The notes under the pieces: model-generated
Database searches by the model: none
Told to the model about the DNA's origin: nothing
Seen by the model: the letters and a program-made list of their open reading frames with translations, nothing else
Shown: positions 56,084-64,000 of the stretch, piece after piece
How positions within the stretch are numbered: the first letter of the stretch is position 1
How the letters are laid out: every line of letters begins with the position of its first letter
NCBI GenBank assembly: GCA_964035545.1
Contig: OZ037771.1
Coordinates: forward strand, 8,859,408 to 8,923,407
Direction of reading: 5' to 3'
Source of the DNA: Bugula neritina
Lineage: Eukaryota > Animalia > Bryozoa
DNA length: 64,000 nucleotides
Made by a program: the position numbers and the translations under genes

Positions 56084-58057
56084 CTATGTTGGTATCTCCT
56101 TGCAGAGCCCCTCCCACGGGGGTTTTTGCACTTCCGGACCTGTTTCTGGTTCCGGAAGTGGTGATGATGGCAGGCTTGACGTTGGGGGCGGTGGGCGCAC
56201 TTTCAAGGACGGAAGTGGCCTTTCTCGCCTCGCCAAGTCTTCCTGACGTGTCATGGAGGTGTTTCCGGCCAGGTTGACAGTCTCCGCCTGCCGAGACCTT
56301 CTCGCACAATGCGTCTGCCGCCCCGCTTCACCAGGGAGACGGCTATGCTTGTTGGTCTGGCAGACTTTGCACCGTCTCACTCTGCGTCGGATATCTTGTT
56401 CCATGTTAGGCCAGTACCACCGGAGTTGTAGCTTGGTGACCACCCCTTGGACTCCTCCGTGAGTCTCCTCGCGGGTGTCTTGTATCAACTTCCGGCGGAT
56501 GGCAACTGGGCAGACAACCCTCTTCCTGGCTGGCTGTCTGCTGTTGGCGGCCAAGGTCATGGTCAGCAGACCATCTGGCCCGACCCGCAGAGAGCTCCAA
56601 CGTTGACAGTACAGCCGTAACTCGGCGCATCCCTGTCGCCGTTGTGTACTACTGGGTCGTCGCCCTTCCTGTTTCGCTCGGTACACGTCGGCTACCACCC
56701 CAGGAAGACATTCCTGGAGCTTCGGCAGCTCCCTAACGTTACCAGCCCATACAGGTTTGGCGCGGAGGCTCTGGGCAGCCTCCGGGGGCGTGTCAGCCCT
56801 CTGTTGGAGTAGCTGAGCAGGGGCGGTCCTCGCCGCCCGTGGTACCTCACGGCAGCCTGCTCTATTTAGGCGGGCTCCGTGGTCTGTGTGGCTGAACGCC
56901 TCACTGTACCCATGTGGCAACCTAGCCATAGCCTGGCGCTTCCCGTTGCCTGTGCAGCCACGCGTCCCTGGAGGAGGGAAGGCGTGGGTTGGGACGGTCC
57001 TCCGCCCTCGAGACGGGCTCTGCTGAGGACCTTCCGTCGTAGCTCCCGACAACGGCCCAATGGCTTCCTCCTGGACAGGATGGAAGCGACCCAGCATGGA
57101 TCTGGGTGGTAGGTCTACTGTCTCTGAGAAGGGGTTGACACACTGCACTGAGATCTCTCCTTGCCCCGTGAGCCGGCTAAAACTACGGGCAAGTTGGACT
57201 CTCGAGTGCGTACTTTCGACAACTCCCAACTTAGAGGTTTGGCCACCGTCTACCTTGCAGCGGACGGTAGCCCGGGAGTGGCCTGGTATAGTACAGCTCC
57301 GTACTACCTGCACTGCTCCCGCTAGAGGACGACCAAACTTATCGACACAAGCGAGCTCCTTGTCGCCCATGATCATCGCAGATTTACTGAAATCGATGCG
57401 ACAACCGTGTCGTTGTAAGAATGGCATCCCGAGGATAGCATCCTCGTTGAGCTGCCCGACGATAAACGTCTCTTGGATGGCCTGGTTACGGACGTAACCA
57501 GTTAGCTCAATAATGCCGTAGAAGGGAATGCACGACCCGTCTGCCAGGGTGCCATGATCCCCCTCATACGGTGCCAACCCGTCCTTGACCTTAGCGCTGA
57601 GGGTGTCAAAGAACTGACGGCTAAGGAGGTTGGTGGTGCAGCCGGAGTCCAGGAGGAAGTTGGCAGGCTTGCCGGCTAGCTTCCCTGGTAGGAAGTAGCT
57701 ACTTCCGTGCGGCTGCAATTGTGTGTGCCGTGGTTGCACCTCCCTCGCTGTGGGTCGAGGGGTCCACGGTTGGCGGCGACTATTGACCAGCTGCCGAGGT
57801 TGGGGCGGTACGCCTTGCGGCGTCTGTACTGTTTCCCTCGCAGGCTCTGTGGTCAACCGTCTGCCGGCTCCGTGTTGGTGCTGGAGTGGCGTAGAGGACC
57901 CAGGCGGCGAGTGGCTTGAGCCTACTTGCCGCGGGGGTCGCCACTTCACAGCATCTCCGCGCGGCGCCCAGCGGGGCGACAGACGCGCGGGCCTCCCTGG
58001 GTGATTCACAGACGGCCCGCAGGAGGTGGGAACATCTGCGGGCCGGGGTAGTTTAAC
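56084..58057 (-). CDS. pol: Element E shortened Pol: PR, linker, IN zinc-finger region and Pro-rich tail in one frame
   Basis: FLLDSGC protease; no YLDD, RNase H or DDE motifs; retains THGG..CKVC; open across both deletion junctions. Confidence 0.88.
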   Translation of the reverse strand, partial: VKLPRPADVPTSCGPSVNHPGRPARLSPRWAPRGDAVKWRPPRQVGSSHSPPGSSTPLQHQHGAGRRLTTEPARETVQTPQGVPPQPRQLVNSRRQPWTPRPTAREVQPRHTQLQPHGSSYFLPGKLAGKPANFLLDSGCTTNLLSRQFFDTLSAKVKDGLAPYEGDHGTLADGSCIPFYGIIELTGYVRNQAIQETFIVGQLNEDAILGMPFLQRHGCRIDFSKSAMIMGDKELACVDKFGRPLAGAVQVVRSCTIPGHSRATVRCKVDGGQTSKLGVVESTHSRVQLARSFSRLTGQGEISVQCVNPFSETVDLPPRSMLGRFHPVQEEAIGPLSGATTEGPQQSPSRGRRTVPTHAFPPPGTRGCTGNGKRQAMARLPHGYSEAFSHTDHGARLNRAGCREVPRAARTAPAQLLQQRADTPPEAAQSLRAKPVWAGNVRELPKLQECLPGVVADVYRAKQEGRRPSSTQRRQGCAELRLYCQRWSSLRVGPDGLLTMTLAANSRQPARKRVVCPVAIRRKLIQDTREETHGGVQGVVTKLQLRWYWPNMEQDIRRRVRRCKVCQTNKHSRLPGEAGRQTHCARRSRQAETVNLAGNTSMTRQEDLARRERPLPSLKVRPPPPTSSLPSSPLPEPETGPEVQKPPWEGLCKEIPT

Positions 58058-58956
58058 CCTGGTGGGAGCTGAGGGCAGTTTCTCTGGAAATGTCCTGGCC
58101 TTCCGCATTCCCAGCAGAAGTGGTGCCCCATGCCTGGTGATTGTACCTGCGGCCCGCAAGGCTCACGGGCAGTATCTACCTGGCTTGGGGAAGCTAATGT
58201 GGTGACCAGTTTATCTAGCATGTCAGTCATCTGTGAGATTTTTGACGCTAGTGACATCTGGTTCACATTAGCCACCGCGGAGGGTTCCGCGTTTAATTCG
58301 GTGTGAGCAGTAGAGTGCTCCGTGGTCACCTGGCGGGAGGCCACGCGGTTGCGGTGCATATGAGTCGCCAAGAGGTAGGCTTCTCCCACCGCAAGTGCAT
58401 CTTCGACTGTGGTGACTCCCCTCGCTTGGAGTTGATGGTGGAGCCCCAAGTCGTTGATGGACTGCACGAAGGCATCATAGGTATACCTCTCACGATGTAC
58501 CGGAGGCAGATCGCGGAATGCGATCTGCGCTAATGGGTACACCGTGGCAGCGTGCTCTTCTAGTGACGTGTGAGGATCACGCCGCATCCTCTGTAGACGG
58601 GCCCGCGCATCTATGGGAGAGATGCCAAAACGGGCCCGCAGGGAAGCAGAGATTCCGTCTATGTCAGGTCCCGCTCCGTACGGCTTAGCTTTGCCCGTCA
58701 GCGCCATCCTGAGCTTTAGCAACGCCACCCTTGGCGGCCATTCTGCAATCTCCATCACATCCTGGAATTCTTGGATGAACTGCTCCACTGCTTCTTCGCC
58801 GGTGAAGGTGGGCGCCTTCAGCCGGTATCTATCTTCACCATGCTCTCTAAGAATTCTCACTTCTTCATCTAACACCACTGGTTCCACAGGTATATCAACA
58901 TTATCTCTCTCGCCTTCATTCAGTGGAATGGGTAGCTCCGTGCCGTCTTCTGCCAT
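58006..58956 (-). CDS. gag: Element E Gag
   Basis: CWECGRPGHFQRNC. Confidence 0.92.
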   Translation of the reverse strand: MAEDGTELPIPLNEGERDNVDIPVEPVVLDEEVRILREHGEDRYRLKAPTFTGEEAVEQFIQEFQDVMEIAEWPPRVALLKLRMALTGKAKPYGAGPDIDGISASLRARFGISPIDARARLQRMRRDPHTSLEEHAATVYPLAQIAFRDLPPVHRERYTYDAFVQSINDLGLHHQLQARGVTTVEDALAVGEAYLLATHMHRNRVASRQVTTEHSTAHTELNAEPSAVANVNQMSLASKISQMTDMLDKLVTTLASPSQVDTAREPCGPQVQSPGMGHHFCWECGRPGHFQRNCPQLPPGLNYPGPQMFPPPAGRL

Positions 58957-61249
58957 GACTGCTATACGCAAGATCCCACCGCTGCCACCACTGTAGTAAT
59001 TTGTGCAATTACTGAGCGTGAGTTATTTACTTGCGTATAGTTAGCTGGTTATTCTGCTATCAATTACTAGGGTAGCTGTCGAGTAATTATATTTATTATC
59101 CACAATAAAGCATAAAACAAACATCACATCAAATTATCCTATACAAGAGTCAACTACTAACACATGTTACTACTACAAGCCTCCGCTTACAACAACGTGA
59201 TATAATGTTAATAACCCGGGAAGTGTCACGTGAATCGGAAGCATATCTTCCGGAGCTGCTAATTGGTTGCTACATAAGAGTCTAAGTATTCCAAGAGTAG
59301 GGAGAGGGCGATTCCTGTATTTGTACTTTGCACTACTCACTACAATATACAGCTGAAGTCGTTGAAATGCTTAATACAGAGAGCTACGAGTTGCTTTGGG
59401 GAGGCTGTAGTAAATACGTTTGTAGCAGTAGCTGGCAGCATGTTTACATGCACACTGTGTGTATGTGTGTTTCATAGTCCATCATCATAGTATATTCATA
59501 GCTCCTAAACAAAACAATGAATTCCTACAACTGCGCAGCAAAAACCACAACTACTGAATCAAGTGCATTGCAAAAGTCTAAGACAACAAATCTGCCAGAA
59601 CATTTCTGTTCCCTTATTTGGAATTACTTGGGACTGGTGGTGCAATCTGGGTGACCAATAGGATCTGGAACACATCATTTTTGTTTGTTTGTTTTTTGTG
59701 TATTATTCTGCTGCTGTTGGAAAGCATTGGTTATCCTGATCAGTTGCAATTAGTAGAGCCAAAGATCAAGTTATACTACTTATAATTTTACATTAAACAA
59801 GATACATATTACTAACTATTGAAACCTAAGAGCAGAAGCTGTATTATCAAGTTATCAGAGAAGTGCTAAAGGTTTGTCCGCTATTAATTTTTCTATCATT
59901 TATTGTCTTAATGCCTTAATATCGATACATTTAGCTTATATTATATGAAATGGTTTATAGCTGACATTATTTTTAATGAATTATTATGCAGTAATATTTT
60001 GCTTACTTTAATAATTTTTATGTGTGTTATTTCCTTACAGTTCTTATTTTCTTGTACTTTATTTAGCCTTATATTGTGTGTATTTTATTTAGATTTCACG
60101 GTGTAGCTTTGTGAGCAAAAGTGTTATAAGTTGGAATAAAATACTAATAACTACACTCACAAGACATCAGTTTAATTCCTAAACCTACTCTGATAAGCTT
60201 GCGGTTGCTAGCAGACCTAACAAAAACTGCTACAACGTTGGTAACTGGAAATAAATGTTTAGTTGCAAAGAAGTTAGTAAGCAACATTCAGATTCTTCTA
60301 GAGATGGACATTAAATGAAATGTTCAGGTGATGCATGCAATGTCTCCCGGATAGGAATTTAAATGGTTTGGGATAAAGGAGTTGTGCAATCAGTGTGATT
60401 ATAGAGGAGAGCTGTTAACTCAGTTGAGTAAAACTGACGCAGAAGAAAATGATTTTAAACCTTATTTCAATGGTGAGAGGTGGGTTATTCAGAGTAACTG
60501 GAGAAACCAAGACCCGCCTTAATTAGATGACTAACGTGCTGGATATTCTGTCCTACTAAACAGTGAACAAAGGATGGTGAGATAGTAGAGCATGATCACA
60601 GAGTGCATGGAGATGCATCAGGTTAAGCAACCCAACAAACTCAAAACTGTGCGCTCAGTGATGTATTATAAAGAATGAACTAATCATATGTCAGAAGCAA
60701 TCCAGGTATAGATATTGCAGTAATTGTAGTATGTTAGCTTATATGAAGAGCCAAGAGCATGATGAATAAGAAGTTAAAGCAAGTGGGCCTGTGCTAGTAT
60801 ATTGCAGCCATTGTGTTCTTTCAAAGTTTGCTAGTTTTCAATACTATATAATTATATATAATATATCCCATTATAGGTTTTATTACATGAAACTACAATC
60901 AGATGAGTTAAGCACATAATACTTTTAATTGTACCAAAAATATAATACACAGATATGTCAAAGGCAACAAATAGAGAACTACTTCAAATGATGCTTGTAA
61001 AGGTTTTAGGAGTTGGTGCTTTACTGATATTTAATAACCAATGAAATTTCAGCAATGACTACTGTAGCACAGCCTGCATACACAACATGAACTCAAGTAC
61101 AATCACCTATTCCATAAATTGACATCAATGAGTACAAAAAATACTATCATTATCAACAAGAGTACTGGGTAGGGCTGGTTATTCAGAATCTATCATTGCC
61201 TATAGTAGCCATTAATAGACCATGTAAGATTGGTACATTTAGTACCTTG

Positions 61250-61716
61250 AACCAATTCTAGATACTCACCACTATAACTTATATAAACTTCTGCAAGTTC
61301 AAATGCAAAATGCATACTTCTAGGAAATAGCTGTGCAACTTTTATTACATGCATTATTTTATTTCATATCTTAAATTTATGAATCATGAGTTCATTTTTC
61401 AAAATGTTTAAATTAAGTGCTTAAAAAATGCATTTAAAGAATGTATTCCTGAAAAATTACCCTGGAGCAGTTTGACCACAACCCCAGCTGTTTTGGCAAA
61501 ACACATTTAATGACATTTTCATCGACATAGTGGTAAATTGGTTGGTTGTTTTTGGCAGATGAGTAGCACGCTGGCTGGCTGCAACTTTATACAATTCTGA
61601 TTGGCTGGACTCTACATGACCAGCTAATGATTGTATCTGATTGGCCTAATAATTCATTTGCATTTGAAAATGTAGAGTTTTATATAAGTTATAGTGGTGA
61701 TATTTTAGAGTTGGTA
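61250..61716. mobile_element. MITE with ~60-bp imperfect terminal inverted repeats
   Basis: tcaccactataacttatataaa..ttcaaatgcaaa (about 61266-61310) versus tttgcatttgaa..tttatataagttatagtggtga (about 61657-61700). Confidence 0.7.
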
Positions 61717-63779
61717 CACACCCCTTTTTTGGTTGAGTTTTATAATCTGATCACGCTGTAGTCATCTACAACACTTCAGTGTATGGGGAAATTATTAGTA
61801 TTGCGAAATCTGTTTTGGCTTATATTGCTATGCCAGTTTTCTGACTTGGTTTGTAATAAACCATAGGCAGCTATATAACTTAGGTGATTTCATCGAAGGT
61901 AGACATTACTTAGACCTTAGAACATCAAATCAACCAGTGCTGTTACTTGGTTTTATTGCAAAGCAGTAGTGAGAGCATAGCACACTTGCACAGTCACCTA
62001 GCTGCAATGGCAGTGGCCACACTAAACTCACCAGTTTTATTAAAATATCTTATGTAAGGCACTTAAATACACTAGCTTAGTCTGTTAGTATGTAGAGCAG
62101 TAACACAGTTACAGCAGTCACATCACCCCTCTCTATCTTGTCTACCAAGTACAGAGGTTGCAAAAATGATAATCATTTCATGATTTAGTTTTAAATCAAT
62201 GCATATTACTGAATACCACAGCATAGTTAAGGTCATCCCCAGTGAAATATCATCTTATAATCTAGTCTCAGTTCCTAGTTGCTATTGCTCTGTGGGCGGC
62301 ATGCGTATTGCCTACTTGTCATAATTTAGCATGAGATATAACAATTGCCAACAGACCATGAAATTAGCTAGGGCTGCACCTGTTCGTATTACAACCATCG
62401 CTACAATCTATTGAGCAAGTATGTGGTCATGGCAAGCCTCAGCATCACCTCATTATTATTATTACAAGAGACCAGTGGTTTGTTTCATGTGCAATGTACT
62501 TGATGTACAAAGGAAGATAATTTTTGTAACTTCTTTTTCAACTAACTATGTAAAACTCTTTCAGATTCTGGAAGCAAGCTAAATGCTAAAGCTAATTCAA
62601 TATTTATCCATTTGCCTAGTCTAATAAAGTTGTTAATAATTACAGGCTTGACTACAACTTGACAAATAATTTAGAGATGCTCTTCTCTCAAAGCATACTG
62701 TTTTTAGGTTTGACTAATAATCTATCTGTTCACTACCATTGACTAACTTGAAGTCAAAATTACCTTCATCATTAAAATTCTCTTCTAGTTGCAAAAACAC
62801 TTCTCATTGCTAAACTATTACAATCAGTTACAGACTCTGCACAATAGCTTAGAATAGTAAAGAGACTTGCATATAGGTCAGATAGTCATGTGTGAGATTT
62901 TGTTGGTAGCTGTAATGATCAGATTTGCAGAATTTTGTGTGGCCACTTTGAGTTTAGATGGTTTTGGTAAAGGATTTGATTGCTGCAAGTTTCTAATATA
63001 GCTAGTAGGTACTTTTGTGGTCCCATTGTACATTATTATAAGCATTAATCAACACTTATTGAAGTGAGTTGGAACTTGGAACTATATAAAAGGTTAGACT
63101 GTGAGCCTGTGCTTTAAATATATTATATTTGCTCTCTGTTGTATACAGTCTAAACTTTAAAAGGTCCAATCAACCTTAAATTGCTTCTAGCTAAATGTCT
63201 AAAAATTGGCTATGAGCTGTATCTTGTTGCCTTGCACTGAGAAATAAATTTGAGGCCAGCAAACAACTGGGCTCCTTTTGTACACCTGGCAGCTACTATC
63301 AATAGTTGGTTATCATAGCTGCGCAGTGTTCACTCAAGCATGATATCATTGGCTTGCTGTATACCAACTCAGAGCCAAGATTATCAACTATTTTATGTTT
63401 CTAAATTTAGCATCTAATAGAAAAAGCTGCGTCTAGTTAGACTGACTGACGCTATGCTTGCCTGAGTGAAACACCCAAGATGAACAGTTTTAATCTTAGC
63501 TAGGCAAGAATTGAGAATTTGAAGAGAAAACCTCCTTAAAATAAAAGAAGATGTCCAGTGAATTCAGTTTTGTTTCTGGCCGATAGGTGTCAGTTAATCA
63601 GCTCAGATATAACTAGCAATGCATTTTCCATTATTCTGATGCTGCAGTTATAATATTCCATAACAAGAATTGACTTAATAATTTAGGAATATGCAACAAA
63701 TCAACCAGTTTTATTCAAGTTAACACCAGATAGCCATTGCTAAAGATCAAAACCAAAATCAGTGTGGATTTTCAAACAT

Positions 63780-63780
63780 A

Positions 63781-63823
<43 letters not shown>
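63780..63823. repeat. (TA)n microsatellite
   Basis: Direct reading. Confidence 0.95.
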
Positions 63824-63827
<4 letters not shown>

Positions 63828-64000
63828 GTATGATCAGGCATAGAAGTAGCAAGTTCAATAAATAATGCAAACATGCAGAAGGTGTAACAGCTAGCTGTGT
63901 ACTTTTGTGAAGGAATAAGTCGGGGCTTTTTTATAGCAATACATCCTATAAGTATCTTACAAACATGGGGGAAATAATATGTTAGTTCTCTAATTACTTT

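Larger units (their letters stand above)
54072..59344 (-). mobile_element. Element E: very recent non-autonomous Gypsy, same structure as B
   Basis: 353-bp LTRs 54072-54424 and 58992-59344 with no differences seen. TSD ATAT. tRNA-Leu PBS at 58973-58990. The empty site is visible in the paralogous segment at 17345-17348. Confidence 0.97.
53663..61216 (+). repeat. 2.3 kb duplicated segment, copy 2, interrupted by element E
   Basis: Matches 16940-19214 once element E and one ATAT are removed. Confidence 0.95.

Noticed and set aside
53424-64000. Exon 2 of the Na+/K+-ATPase beta gene
   Set aside because: The phase-1 acceptors I tried (53651, 60041, 62930) do not give the expected K/I..FY..FY..LA TM sequence; the exon is probably beyond the window.

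Overview
AT-rich eukaryotic genomic DNA, most likely a marine invertebrate (inference from gene content and composition). Three host genes can be reconstructed by hand. (1) The 3' part of a single-pass Ig-superfamily receptor (+, 6 exons, 3213-16485). (2) A complete 10-coding-exon RNF13/RNF167-type PA-TM-RING E3 ligase (-, 19904-28200). (3) Exon 1 of a Na+/K+-ATPase beta subunit (+, 49202-49307), head-to-head with the RNF gene. Five Gypsy LTR retrotransposons with both LTRs (A-E, all minus strand) sit in only about 3 kb of host DNA around that divergent promoter. The window also holds older Gypsy relics, a LINE fragment, tRNA-derived SINEs, MITEs, intronic minisatellites and a 2.3 kb local duplication. 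The most notable observations follow. (a) A tRNA-Leu-primed Gypsy lineage carries a non-env accessory gene after pol, split by its own 265-266 nt GT-AG intron. It encodes a zinc-finger plus coiled-coil protein, and the intron contains a covarying hairpin. (b) A recently mobile non-autonomous partner family keeps Gag-PR-IN zinc finger in frame but has lost RT/RNase H and the integrase core. (c) An intact-looking Gypsy has a primer-binding site complementary to the 5' end (nt 1-12) of tRNA-Phe rather than to a tRNA 3' CCA end. All calls are from manual reading; no database searches were run.
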